Below, one piece after another: positions 8,519 through 17,766 of a DNA stretch of 64,000 nucleotides. Each line of letters begins with the position of its first letter. Position 1 is the stretch's first letter. This stretch comes from Candidatus Parcubacteria bacterium (GTDB taxonomy: Bacteria > Patescibacteriota > Patescibacteriia > Patescibacteriales > UBA12465): NCBI GenBank assembly GCA_037076615.1, contig AP029158.1, positions 397,337 to 461,336 of the forward strand, written 5' to 3'. The notes under the pieces were generated by a model. The model saw nothing but the letters and a program-made list of their open reading frames with translations, was not told where the DNA came from and searched no databases. The position numbers were made by a program, and so were the translations under genes.

Positions 8519-8995
8519 TTAATGAGTAAAAACTAAAGTCTCAGCAATATCGGCAATGGCCGCTTCCAAATCCGCTTTATCTTCCCCCTCATACCAAGCC
8601 ATCAAGGCGTAATGATTGTCCTCATTAGAGAAACCATACTCAATTTGGGTATAACCATCTTTAAAGGTTTTCTGCGCTTCCGCTTCAGCAGGATTTTCCA
8701 AAGGCCAAATACTTAAAGTAAAGTCGCCACAATCAATCATTCCTTTATTAAAATAACAAGTGCTCGGGTAAGAGATTTTAATCCCTAAGTCAGGGTATTC
8801 ATAAGAAAAGAGGGCATCAGCTTCAGTTACTTCCGTGCTGGTGGCGGGTTCTAATTCAAACGGCGGTTCCAGTTCTTGACTTTTATTTTGATCGGGACTC
8901 GCCGCGATTGGCTCAGGATTATTGGAATAGCCCCACGAACAAGCAGCCAAAAGAAAAACTAAAGGGAGGAGGAGAAGAAAAAGACGATGTTTCAT
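8519..8995 (-). CDS. Hypothetical lipoprotein
   Basis: MKHRLFLLLLPLVFLLAAC lipobox; start moved to 8995. Confidence 0.7.
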   Translation of the reverse strand: MKHRLFLLLLPLVFLLAACSWGYSNNPEPIAASPDQNKSQELEPPFELEPATSTEVTEADALFSYEYPDLGIKISYPSTCYFNKGMIDCGDFTLSIWPLENPAEAEAQKTFKDGYTQIEYGFSNEDNHYALMAWYEGEDKADLEAAIADIAETLVFTH

Positions 8996-9038
8996 AGATA
9001 AAAAATTAATTAGCTTCACTATTATAGCACAGACTGCG

Positions 9039-10175
9039 CTAATTTTTAAGAGCGGCCGCCACGGCTTTTGCCACCGCCGGATCAAAGGCATCCGGAAGTA
9101 AGTAATCAACTGTCGGCTCCTCAACTAAAGCCGCTAGATTTTCCGCCGCTTTAATTAACATCGCATCGGTAATTTGGGAAACATTATTATCTAAAGCGCC
9201 CCGAAAGATGCCTGGAAAAACTAAAACATTATTAATTTGATTAGGAAAATCACTGCGTCCAGTCGCTACCGCTAAAGCTCCACCGGCTTTCGCCTCGTCC
9301 GGCATAATTTCTGGCACCGGGTTAGATAAAGCAAAAATTAAAGGCTCGGGCGCCATGGTCGCCACCACTTCCCTAGCAATTAAATTAGGAGCGGAAACAC
9401 CAATAAAGACATCGGCGCCGACTAAAGATTCTTTCAAGGTACCCTTGAAGTTTTCTTGATTGCTGCGCTGAGCCAGTGCTCGCTTCACTTCATTTAAATC
9501 TTGACGATCTAAGCTAAGCGCACCTTTAGAATCGTTGATAATTAATTGAGAAAAACCATATTTCAAAAGTAGGTCGGCGACCGCCAAGCCAGCGGCGCCA
9601 GCACCGGCAATCACTACTTTGACTTTCTCGGGGGCTAAGTTTTTTAATTTTAAGCCATTAATTAAGCCAGCTAAGATAACCACGGCCGTGCCGTGCTGAT
9701 CATCATGAAAAACCGGAATATCCAATTCTTCCTTGAGACGATCTTCAATTTCAAAACAGCGGGGCGCACTAATATCCTCTAAATTAATTCCCCCAAAACT
9801 GGGTGCGATTGCTTTAACAATCTTGATAATTTCTTCAGTATCTTGAGTATCTAAGCAAATGGGAAAGGCATCAACGTTGGCAAACTCTTTAAAAAGAGCG
9901 GCCTTCCCTTCCATCACCGGCAAAGCGGCTTTCGCCCCTAAATTTCCTAAACCCAAAATCGCGCTGCCATCGGAAACCACCGCCACCGTATTACCTTTTA
10001 AAGTGTGGGTCTTGGCAGCATCCGGGTTAGCGGCAATTAAGCGACAAACTTCGGCCACTCCAGGCGTGTAGGCGCGAGCGAGATCGGCCTTATCTTTAAG
10101 TGGAACTTTGGTGGCCACCGCCAACTTACCCTGGTGCTGACGATGCAGTTCTAAAGATTCTTGATATATATCCAT
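9039..10175 (-). CDS. NAD(P)-dependent malic enzyme
   Basis: AYTPGVA, VMEGKAALFK, GINLEDI, FHDDQHGT, TGRSDFPNQINN. Confidence 0.93.
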   Translation of the reverse strand: MDIYQESLELHRQHQGKLAVATKVPLKDKADLARAYTPGVAEVCRLIAANPDAAKTHTLKGNTVAVVSDGSAILGLGNLGAKAALPVMEGKAALFKEFANVDAFPICLDTQDTEEIIKIVKAIAPSFGGINLEDISAPRCFEIEDRLKEELDIPVFHDDQHGTAVVILAGLINGLKLKNLAPEKVKVVIAGAGAAGLAVADLLLKYGFSQLIINDSKGALSLDRQDLNEVKRALAQRSNQENFKGTLKESLVGADVFIGVSAPNLIAREVVATMAPEPLIFALSNPVPEIMPDEAKAGGALAVATGRSDFPNQINNVLVFPGIFRGALDNNVSQITDAMLIKAAENLAALVEEPTVDYLLPDAFDPAVAKAVAAALKN

Positions 10176-10247
10176 ATTGTTAACATTAAAAAACTACCGG
10201 TAAAAGGAAACCGGCTTGGCGCGGGAGTAATAAAAAAACGCCCATCC

Positions 10248-10379
10248 TTATTTAATATTCTTCTTTAACTTCTTTTCCGCCTTTGCTGCCAACATTTCTG
10301 CTTTGACGGCAAGGCGTTTAGCGGTTTTGTGAGAACTGGTCTTTACTCTCTTGCCCACGCCGGTTGTTCTTTTAGCCAT
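10248..10379 (-). CDS. Small basic protein, 43 aa (below the ORF-track size cutoff)
   Basis: Manual translation MAKRTTGVGKRVKTSSHKTAKRLAVKAEMLAAKAEKKLKKNIK; ATG start, U-rich leader. Confidence 0.7.
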   Translation of the reverse strand: MAKRTTGVGKRVKTSSHKTAKRLAVKAEMLAAKAEKKLKKNIK

Positions 10380-10525
10380 ATAGCCAAATAAATAATAAAT
10401 AAATAATAAATAAATAATTAACTTTCTGTATCTTAACTTTTCATCAAGTTTTTAGCAAGAGGCGCCCGGATTTTAAAGTTTTTTCTTACTAGCCCGAAAA
10501 TCTTAAAAAAGCTATAATAGTGTTT

Positions 10526-11749
10526 ATGAAAAAACTATTTATTTTAATTATCTTCGCCCTCTTCTTAATCCCGCTGACTGGCCAGGCCACCCCCTTAAGC
10601 ACCAAATTATCCGGTCGCATCCTTTTACAGGTAGAAAATAAGGGTGAGGCCTGGTATTTAAACCCCGACAATCAGCGTCGCTATTATTTAGGTCGTCCCG
10701 ATGATGCCTTTACGGTCATGCGCGAATTAGGCTTAGGGATCTCTGAAGAAACTTTTGCTGCCCTGCCCCAAGACGGGCAAAGCGGTGGCAACGTGGACTT
10801 AGCGAAAAAGCTCGCCGGCCGAATCATACTGCAAGTAGAAAAAAACGGTGAGGCTTGGTATTTAAATCCTCTAGACTTGAAAGCTTATTACTTAGGCCGC
10901 CCCGCCGATGCCTTTAGAATTATGCGCGAGCACGGTCTAGGAATTACCAATGAAAATTTGAAAGAAACTTTAGTTGCTCTCGATGGCGACCTGCCTGATA
11001 GTTATTTAGGCAAAGATATTGTTTTGGTAAAAACGGAGCGCGGCAATTTTTTAACGACACTGGCGAGAATCAGTTTGCGCCAACCAGGCTTACAAGTTTT
11101 GACGCTGGCGGCCGAGCCCCGCCCCTGTCCAAATGGCGTTTGTGCGGTTAAGCCCTTGAAAAAATATTTAGACGACAACCAGGGCTTTGCCGCTATTAAT
11201 GGCTCCTATTTCTGTAGTAATGCCGATTGCGGCAACCTTAATTATTACTTCTCCCCTCTTTATGAAAGTCGTTGGGAGGTAATGATTAACCGCGACAAAA
11301 TGGCCTTACCGACCACCGGCCCTTTAGCAGTCATTGATGACGCCAATCATTGGCACTACTTTAAGGATGTACGCGACTTTGTCAGCCCAGAAAATTTTCA
11401 AGCCATTACCGGCCGCCAGGTGAGTGCCGCCCTGAGCAATCAACCGCGAATCTTAGAAGACGGGTTGAATGTTTTGGAAGTCAATAAATTAACCGCCTCA
11501 CAGAAAACTTTAGGCACCCGCCAAGCCCTAGCCTACAAAGATAATCCCCGTTACCGCGGCCAAGGCGACCTATATTTGGTTTCTATTAGTAATGGCTCTT
11601 TAGAAGACTTGGCGCTGGTTTTAGAAAAACTTAATTTTGCGACCGCTTTAAACTTGGATGGCGGCGGCAGTGCCGGATTAATTTATGAAGATAACTTTTT
11701 GGTTGGACCCGGCCGCGATGTTCCGAATGCGATTGTGTTTAAGAAATAG
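10526..11749 (+). CDS. Secreted protein: two N-terminal repeats plus phosphodiester glycosidase (NAGPA-like) domain
   Basis: Signal peptide; 2x GRI(L/I)LQVE..GEAWYLNP...YYLGRP.DAF..MRE.GLGI; AAINGSYF and ALNLDGGGS motifs. Confidence 0.8.
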   Translation: MKKLFILIIFALFLIPLTGQATPLSTKLSGRILLQVENKGEAWYLNPDNQRRYYLGRPDDAFTVMRELGLGISEETFAALPQDGQSGGNVDLAKKLAGRIILQVEKNGEAWYLNPLDLKAYYLGRPADAFRIMREHGLGITNENLKETLVALDGDLPDSYLGKDIVLVKTERGNFLTTLARISLRQPGLQVLTLAAEPRPCPNGVCAVKPLKKYLDDNQGFAAINGSYFCSNADCGNLNYYFSPLYESRWEVMINRDKMALPTTGPLAVIDDANHWHYFKDVRDFVSPENFQAITGRQVSAALSNQPRILEDGLNVLEVNKLTASQKTLGTRQALAYKDNPRYRGQGDLYLVSISNGSLEDLALVLEKLNFATALNLDGGGSAGLIYEDNFLVGPGRDVPNAIVFKK

Positions 11750-11780
11750 AGTTGATTAATAATCAAGAATTAATAAATAG

Positions 11781-11813
11781 AAGCTACTCCTAATTTCCTC
11801 GGGAGTAGTTTTT
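11781..11813 (+). terminator. Intrinsic terminator
   Basis: CTACTCC...GGAGTAG stem plus T-tract. Confidence 0.65.
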
Positions 11814-11881
11814 ATTATCATCCCTAGCAACAAAGGCTATTTTCTGCTATACTAAAGCACTTATAAATTTACTTTAAAAAT

Positions 11882-13063
11882 ATGGATATAAAAAAATCTT
11901 ACTTTTGGGCGCTCGCCGCGACGGCCGCGCTCACCACTATTTTAGCACTCTATTTAAGTAACCGTGCTTTAGATCCGGTGCCACCACCTTCTACTGACAT
12001 TCTTGTCGGCGAAGAAGTGGATGTGGAAAACGAAAGCGAAGCTACTCCTAAGAATGAAATCCCACCTGAAGAAAAAATAAATTTTATCTTAAGCGACTTG
12101 AGTATTCCTTGGGAAATCGTTTTCTTACCCGATGAAGCCATCTTAGTTAGCGAACGAACCGGAGACTTAATAAAATATCAAGATGGCCGCTCCGAAAAAA
12201 TAAGCATTGCTAATGTCGCCGCCGTCGGTGAAGGCGGTCTCTTGGGTATGGTGCTCCACCCCGATTTTAATAATAATAATTACATCTACCTCTATTTTAC
12301 GGTTTCGGAAAATAACAAGCTGTCTAATAAAATTGTTCGTTATTATCTCAGTCTTGCCCCCTTCGCTTTGACCGACCCTCAAGAAATTATCAAGGACGTT
12401 CCGGGCTCCAACAATCACAATGGCGGTCGAATTGCTTTCGGTCCGGATGAAAAACTTTATGTTACAACCGGCGATGCTGGTAACGCCAACGCCGCCCAAA
12501 ATCGCGATTCTTTAGCGGGAAAAATTCTGCGCTTAAATGATAACGGCTCTATTCCGGCCGACAATCCTTTCGGGAGCGCCGTTTGGTCTTATGGCCACCG
12601 TAACGCTCAAGGACTCACCTGGGACGACGCTGGACGCCTCTGGGCGACCGAACACGGCCGCTCAGGTGCTTTATCCGGTCTTGATGAGCTTAACTTAATT
12701 GAGCCGGGTAAAAACTATGGCTGGCCCCTAATTCAGGGCGATGACCAGCAAACAGAAATGATTGCTCCCCGCTTACATTCAGGAGCCAAGACCACTTGGG
12801 CGCCGGCCAGTTTAGCTTATTACGATAACTACCTATATTTTGCTGGTTTGCGCGGTGAGGCTCTTTACGCCGTGCCTGTTAATGAAAACGGCGACCTAGG
12901 AGATCTTGAAACTTTCTTTATGGGAGATTATGGTCGCTTAAGAATTGTTAAAGTTGGTCCTGATAATTCATTTTACTTAGGCACCTCCAATCAAGATGGT
13001 CGCGGTCGTGTCCGGGCCGGCGATGATAAGATTATTAAAATGGCACCAAACGCTTGGAAATAA
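11882..13063 (+). CDS. PQQ-dependent sugar (glucose/sorbosone) dehydrogenase family protein
   Basis: GEGGLLG, HNGGRIAFGPD, GKILR, WSYGHRNAQG, NYGWP; N-terminal membrane anchor. Confidence 0.9.
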   Translation: MDIKKSYFWALAATAALTTILALYLSNRALDPVPPPSTDILVGEEVDVENESEATPKNEIPPEEKINFILSDLSIPWEIVFLPDEAILVSERTGDLIKYQDGRSEKISIANVAAVGEGGLLGMVLHPDFNNNNYIYLYFTVSENNKLSNKIVRYYLSLAPFALTDPQEIIKDVPGSNNHNGGRIAFGPDEKLYVTTGDAGNANAAQNRDSLAGKILRLNDNGSIPADNPFGSAVWSYGHRNAQGLTWDDAGRLWATEHGRSGALSGLDELNLIEPGKNYGWPLIQGDDQQTEMIAPRLHSGAKTTWAPASLAYYDNYLYFAGLRGEALYAVPVNENGDLGDLETFFMGDYGRLRIVKVGPDNSFYLGTSNQDGRGRVRAGDDKIIKMAPNAWK

Positions 13064-13069
13064 ATCGAC

Positions 13070-13105
13070 TTCAAAAAAAGCTCCCAACTGGGAGCTTTTT
13101 TTGAA
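13070..13105. terminator. Bidirectional terminator
   Basis: TTCAAAAAAAGCTCCCA-ac-TGGGAGCTTTTTTTGAA perfect inverted repeat. Confidence 0.85.
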
Positions 13106-13183
13106 TCTTTATTAATTTTTTTTTAGATATTTCTAATTTTAAATAATATATTTAATATTATTTTTCATTTTAAATAAGACTCC

Positions 13184-14224
13184 CTATTTATAAGTTTTGG
13201 TAATAGTTCTGTAGGTCAAACGAGAGACATCGGCAATAAAATCAGCCATTTTTTCAAAATCATCACCCCGAGTCATTACGCAAAGCAAATATGGATGCTC
13301 AGGAAAATAAATAATTCCACATTCGTGCATTTGCTTATTGGCCGTTTCCAAATTATCATTTTTTCTTTCCCCAAATTTATGAGCAACTTTTGTTCCCAGG
13401 GGGACGCCAGCCACTAAACCATCAAAAAAATTAGTTCGGGAAAGTAGATTTAAAGATTTTTCTGAATAATATTCATTTAAATAAGCAGCGTTATAGAGAA
13501 TACGGAAAAAAGAAGCGTACTCCTTAACGGACATAAAATCTTCCGGGCTACTAATACTAGGAACAATAATGCCCAAATCCTGATAAACCTGATCAATTTT
13601 TTCTGGCTCAATATTACTGGCCAGATTAAGCATGGCAATGTTATCGGAGTTAATAATCATAAAATCAATTAACTGGTCAACGGTATATTCCTGGCCAATC
13701 ACTAACTCTTCGCCAGTCACGATATTTTGGGGTAAGTTTTGGTCGCTGGGCCGCAGAATAATTTTTTCCTGCAAAATAGCAGGATTACTTTCAGCTTGTT
13801 TATAATAAGCAATCATTAATGGAACCTTCATTAAACTCGCGGGGGTAAAATTATTGGAAAAATTAATCCCGAACCAGGGGCCATTGTTAAGATCGCGAAA
13901 ATAAACCGCAATTTCTTTATTTTTATATTTACTATCATTAAGGTCAGTGATGGATTGTTTTAATTTTTTTTCAAAAGGAATGTAAACACTATTTAGATAA
14001 GTATTTTGAACATCACATTCCAACAAAGGATTGATAAATTTATACTGCCCCTGTTCACGTACTGGCGCGGGGTTATTTTTCTTAACCTGCCTATAAACAG
14101 AAGAAGAGCCAATTAAAAAACCAATTCCAATTCCGCTGGCGATTAAAATTAAAACCAGTAAAACTTTTGACCACCAGGAGACACGAAAACTCGCTAACCG
14201 TCGCTGCCATTCATCGTTTTTCAT
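13184..14224 (-). CDS. Class A beta-lactamase-related serine hydrolase, membrane anchored
   Basis: SxxK (ASLMK), SDN, HKFG in place of KTG, HECGII. Confidence 0.8.
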   Translation of the reverse strand: MKNDEWQRRLASFRVSWWSKVLLVLILIASGIGIGFLIGSSSVYRQVKKNNPAPVREQGQYKFINPLLECDVQNTYLNSVYIPFEKKLKQSITDLNDSKYKNKEIAVYFRDLNNGPWFGINFSNNFTPASLMKVPLMIAYYKQAESNPAILQEKIILRPSDQNLPQNIVTGEELVIGQEYTVDQLIDFMIINSDNIAMLNLASNIEPEKIDQVYQDLGIIVPSISSPEDFMSVKEYASFFRILYNAAYLNEYYSEKSLNLLSRTNFFDGLVAGVPLGTKVAHKFGERKNDNLETANKQMHECGIIYFPEHPYLLCVMTRGDDFEKMADFIADVSRLTYRTITKTYK

Positions 14225-14335
14225 AGACAAGAAAATATTAGAAAGTGTTTTTTAAAATAAATTGCCTACAGCTCTAGAGAATGTTTTAAATAAAGTTAAC
14301 TGTAATACTTTTAAGGATTTACTTAGGGGCTTAAT

Positions 14336-14562
14336 TTAATTAACTTCTACCTCGTCCACTAGCTCCTTTTTCTTCCCAAAAACAAAAATATATAAAATTT
14401 CTAAAATAGCCAGAGTGTTTAAAATCAAAATAACCACAAACCAGCCCTTATTACTATTTTTAGCGGCTTTCCAGAGAGCGCCCCCCCTTTCCAGGGCAAG
14501 GTCCAAAGAGCGAGAGTTAGAAGGCCGGCGGGCGTTTGTAAAAAAGCAATAATTTGTTCCTT
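14336..14562 (-). pseudogene. DUF5652-like small membrane protein, disrupted
   Basis: LWTLPWKG / ALWKAAKNSNKGWFVVILILNTLAILEILYIF split by a frameshift at the G7 run; AAG where the ATG is expected. Confidence 0.7.
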
Positions 14563-14597
14563 ATTTTTTATAAATTAATAAAAAACTTACGGGCTTA

Positions 14598-15020
14598 TTA
14601 TACAACTTTTTTAGATAAATTTGCACTTTTTCTTTGATATTCAGCCAAGAGTTCAAGATCTCGAAAATCCTTTTCCCGGCCCAAAGCTTTTTTAAACTTA
14701 ACCGTTTCGACAATATTTAAAAATGGATAACCGTTAATAATATCAGCGGTTTTTATCGCCTCTTGAACAGACGTAGGATAAGCAGCCCACTCCAATTTAC
14801 TTATTATTTCCACCTTGTCGATCTCAGAAACTAATTTTCCATTAACCTCCACCTCTTGATATCTCTTAGAATTAAGCAGCTGTTTAAATAGTTTTGGCGT
14901 AACCGCAACATCTAAATCGTTAGCCTCTCTTATGCCCCGAGCCGCTAAAGGGCCGCTACCGACTAAAACATACTCTCCTAAAGGAAAATTTAATTCGGCT
15001 AATTTCTTGAATATATCCAT
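14598..15020 (-). CDS. Putative minimal nucleotidyltransferase-fold protein
   Basis: GSGPL..RGIR...DLD and GREKD..D motifs. Confidence 0.55.
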   Translation of the reverse strand: MDIFKKLAELNFPLGEYVLVGSGPLAARGIREANDLDVAVTPKLFKQLLNSKRYQEVEVNGKLVSEIDKVEIISKLEWAAYPTSVQEAIKTADIINGYPFLNIVETVKFKKALGREKDFRDLELLAEYQRKSANLSKKVV

Positions 15021-15093
15021 AGAAAAAATATAGTCTTTATTATAGCTCTTAAAAGATTTTAAGAAAATATCAAAAAGAAATTTTTGGCTTAAT

Positions 15094-15130
15094 AAAAAAA
15101 AAGCCTCGAAACTGTTTTAGTTTCGAGGCT
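15094..15130 (-). terminator. Intrinsic terminator
   Basis: AGCCTCGAAACT/AGTTTCGAGGCT stem followed by a U-tract on the minus strand. Confidence 0.8.
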
Positions 15131-15141
15131 GGTGGGGTTTT

Positions 15142-15531
15142 CTAATTCCACTCTACACTTTTTAGGTCTTTAATATAAAAAAATATTACATAAGGCGCAA
15201 TTGAAGTAACCATAAATCGTTTTACTAGCACTCCCCGATCATAATCGACTACTTTTTCCCAATCTTTTTTATTCCAAAAACGAATCGAGGCGACGATTCC
15301 TTCGTCACCTAGGAACAGGGCAATGCCTTTTTCGTCGCTTACGACCAATTCTTTTTTTTCTTGGATAATTTTCTTTTTTCCAAAAAAACCTAAACCCCCT
15401 GCTTCTTTGACTGCTTTTGGAGTGGATAAATAATTTATCGTTATTGAGCTTATCTTCTTTTTCGAAATTTGTTCTAAAGAAAGTTCTTCTCCATTACACA
15501 AAAAAGTTGGTGTTTTTTTTAAAGTTTCCAT
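15142..15531 (-). CDS. Hypothetical protein
   Basis: ~130-aa ORF followed by a terminator; no recognisable motif. Confidence 0.6.
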   Translation of the reverse strand: METLKKTPTFLCNGEELSLEQISKKKISSITINYLSTPKAVKEAGGLGFFGKKKIIQEKKELVVSDEKGIALFLGDEGIVASIRFWNKKDWEKVVDYDRGVLVKRFMVTSIAPYVIFFYIKDLKSVEWN

Positions 15532-15713
15532 CACTTAATGTTTTTATTAATTTTTTAAATAACTACACATCTAACAATTGTTATACAACCATAATCTTCT
15601 TTTGTCAAAAAATAATAATTAAATTAACACGCTTAGCCGGGAAAATAAAAACTTAAGCCAGGCTTTACAAGCCTGGCTTAACCTTTTATTTGTTTAGTTT
15701 TAAAACTTTTAGT

Positions 15714-15908
15714 CTACTTGGCGAACTTCGGTAATTGAGCAGCCATCACGATCGCGCTAACACCGACTAAACTATAGACGACGCGGCTTAAAGCCGACAT
15801 GTCTCCGAAAATTGCAGCCACTAGGTCAAAGTTGAATAAACCAACTAGTCCCCAGTTTAAGCCGCCGACAATAACCAACACCAAGGCAATCAAATTTAGC
15901 GTTTTCAT
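15714..15908 (-). CDS. DUF378 family membrane protein
   Basis: LVIVGGLNWGLVGLFNFDLVAAIFG...SRVVYSLVG. Confidence 0.9.
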   Translation of the reverse strand: MKTLNLIALVLVIVGGLNWGLVGLFNFDLVAAIFGDMSALSRVVYSLVGVSAIVMAAQLPKFAK

Positions 15909-16058
15909 ATTATTGGCTAAATTTAAACTTGGTAAATTTTGCCCGAACTTAAATTTAGTTAATTAATAATTACGTTTACATTTTACCAAGATTTGACTTA
16001 ATTAACAATAAGTGATGCCTTTAGCCTGCTGCCTACTAATTTAAGATGTATTTATAAT

Positions 16059-16087
16059 AAAAAGAACAAGCTAATAGCTTGTTTTTT
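16059..16087 (-). terminator. Terminator after tRNA-Asn
   Basis: AACAAGCTA/TAGCTTGTT stem flanked by A/T tracts. Confidence 0.65.
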
Positions 16088-16090
16088 ATG

Positions 16091-16162
16091 CTCCCGGGGT
16101 GGGATTCGAACCCACGACCAATTGATTAACAGTCAACTGCGCTACCGCTGCGCTACCCGGGA
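16091..16162 (-). tRNA. tRNA-Asn (GTT), CCA not encoded
   Basis: Reverse complement TCCCGGGTAGCGCAGCGGTAGCGCAGTTGACT-GTT-AATCAATTGGTCGTGGGTTCGAATCCCACCCCGGGAG folds as a cloverleaf. Confidence 0.97.
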
Positions 16163-16221
16163 ATATTTTATTTTGAACTAACCGCAAAAAAAGAAAAATG
16201 TTTAAAACATTTTGTGTTCCT

Positions 16222-16249
16222 ATTTTAACAAATGCTCACTTTCTGTCAA
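16222..16249 (-). promoter_or_regulatory. sigma70 promoter of tRNA-Asn
   Basis: TTGACA-16-TAAAAT with extended TG. Confidence 0.65.
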
Positions 16250-16313
16250 CAATCTTAAGCCCCCGAAAAATCGGGGGCTTAAGCCTTACGTTAAACAATA
16301 TCTTATCTTTTCT

Positions 16314-17756
16314 TTAGTAATCTTTGAGCTTTTCTAAACCTTTGAAGCGACGAATCTTTTCTAAAGCTTTAGATTCGATTTGACGGATACGCTCGCGGGT
16401 AACTTCAAATTCGCGGCCCACCTCTTCCAAAGTGTGGGAAATTCCGTCTACTAAACCGAAGCGCCACTCTAAGATTTTTTGCTCACGCGGTGATAACTGA
16501 GAGACAATTTCCTTAACATAATCTTTAAGTAACTGAAGAGCGGCAACTCTGTCCGGAGCCATGGTTTTTACATCTTGGATAAAGTCTTCCAAAGTAGAAT
16601 CTTCTTCATCATCACCAATAGCGGCTTGCAGTGAAATTGTATCTTGAGAAATTTTAATGATGTAGCGAACCTTTTCAATATCTTCACCCATCTCGGCAGC
16701 TGCTTCTTCGGCCATTGGTTCTCGGCCTAATTCTTGGACTAAGAAACGTTGAGTCTGTTGGAACTTATTAATCGTCTCCACCATATGCACTGGGATGCGA
16801 ATGGTGCGTGACTGATCAGCTAAAGCGCGCGTAATCGCTTGGCGAATCCACCAAGTGGCATAAGTAGAAAACTTAAAGCCTTTACGGTATTCAAATTTTT
16901 CTACCGCTCGGAATAAACCGATGTTTCCTTCTTGAATTAAATCAAGCAGTGACAAGCCTTTAGCACCAGCAAACTTTTTGGCATTAGCCACCACCAAGCG
17001 CAAATTAGCTTCAATAATCTGTCTCTCCGCCTCTTTATCACCCTTCTCTTTGCGCTTCGCTAACTCTACCTCTTCCTCGGCGGTTAGCAAAGGGACTTTG
17101 CCAATTTCCTTTAAATACATCTGAATGGAATCCGCGGACATTTTTGATAAATCAAAATTAAGTCCGCCCCCTTTAGCAGCAACTTCTTCTTCTCGACGGG
17201 TATTATCCAAAATACGCCCGAAGTCCTCGGTAACCTTAATACCGTTTTTCTGTAAATCGCCTAAAAACAAATCAAATTCGTAGGTATATTCCTCCACTTC
17301 GGGGAACAAAACTAATAACTCGGTTTCGGTGACAAAACCACGCGTGCGCCCTTTCTTAATTAAGTTTTCTTTCTTCTCCTCGGTCGGGTAAACAATCTCT
17401 CGAGGAGCGGCTGGCTTGGTTGGCGCTTTTTTGACGGCCTTCTTTCCTGGCTTTTTAGCTTGACTACTTTTTTTAGTCACCTTTTTTGGGGTAGCTTTAA
17501 GCGGTGCTTTTTTGGAAGCGACGGCCTGAGAAGTCTTTTTTGGAGTAGCCTTTTTCTGAGCCGCGGCTACTTTAGCGGTTTTTTTTACCGGAGTTTTGCG
17601 GGCCGGTTTTTTGGTGGCGACAGGCTTTTTAGCCGTCAGTCTTTGAGCTTTTTTTTGATCCGATTTTTTGATCGGATTAGTCTTGACCCCAGTTTTCTTG
17701 GTTGAGGCCAAAGTTTTTTTAGTTTTTTGTGCCGAAGACTTTTTAGTCGAGGCCAT
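16314..17756 (-). CDS. rpoD: Primary RNA polymerase sigma factor with K/A-rich N-terminal tail
   Basis: [52 protein letters not shown]. Confidence 0.95.
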   Translation of the reverse strand: MASTKKSSAQKTKKTLASTKKTGVKTNPIKKSDQKKAQRLTAKKPVATKKPARKTPVKKTAKVAAAQKKATPKKTSQAVASKKAPLKATPKKVTKKSSQAKKPGKKAVKKAPTKPAAPREIVYPTEEKKENLIKKGRTRGFVTETELLVLFPEVEEYTYEFDLFLGDLQKNGIKVTEDFGRILDNTRREEEVAAKGGGLNFDLSKMSADSIQMYLKEIGKVPLLTAEEEVELAKRKEKGDKEAERQIIEANLRLVVANAKKFAGAKGLSLLDLIQEGNIGLFRAVEKFEYRKGFKFSTYATWWIRQAITRALADQSRTIRIPVHMVETINKFQQTQRFLVQELGREPMAEEAAAEMGEDIEKVRYIIKISQDTISLQAAIGDDEEDSTLEDFIQDVKTMAPDRVAALQLLKDYVKEIVSQLSPREQKILEWRFGLVDGISHTLEEVGREFEVTRERIRQIESKALEKIRRFKGLEKLKDY

Positions 17757-17766
17757 ATTAAACTTG

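Noticed and set aside
15417-15656. 79-aa plus-strand ORF
   Set aside because: TTG start, low-complexity AT-rich sequence, overlaps a better-supported minus-strand gene
13184-16090. Genomic island integrated at tRNA-Asn
   Set aside because: AT-rich accessory genes lie 3' of the tRNA, but I saw no integrase and no duplicated tRNA 3' end
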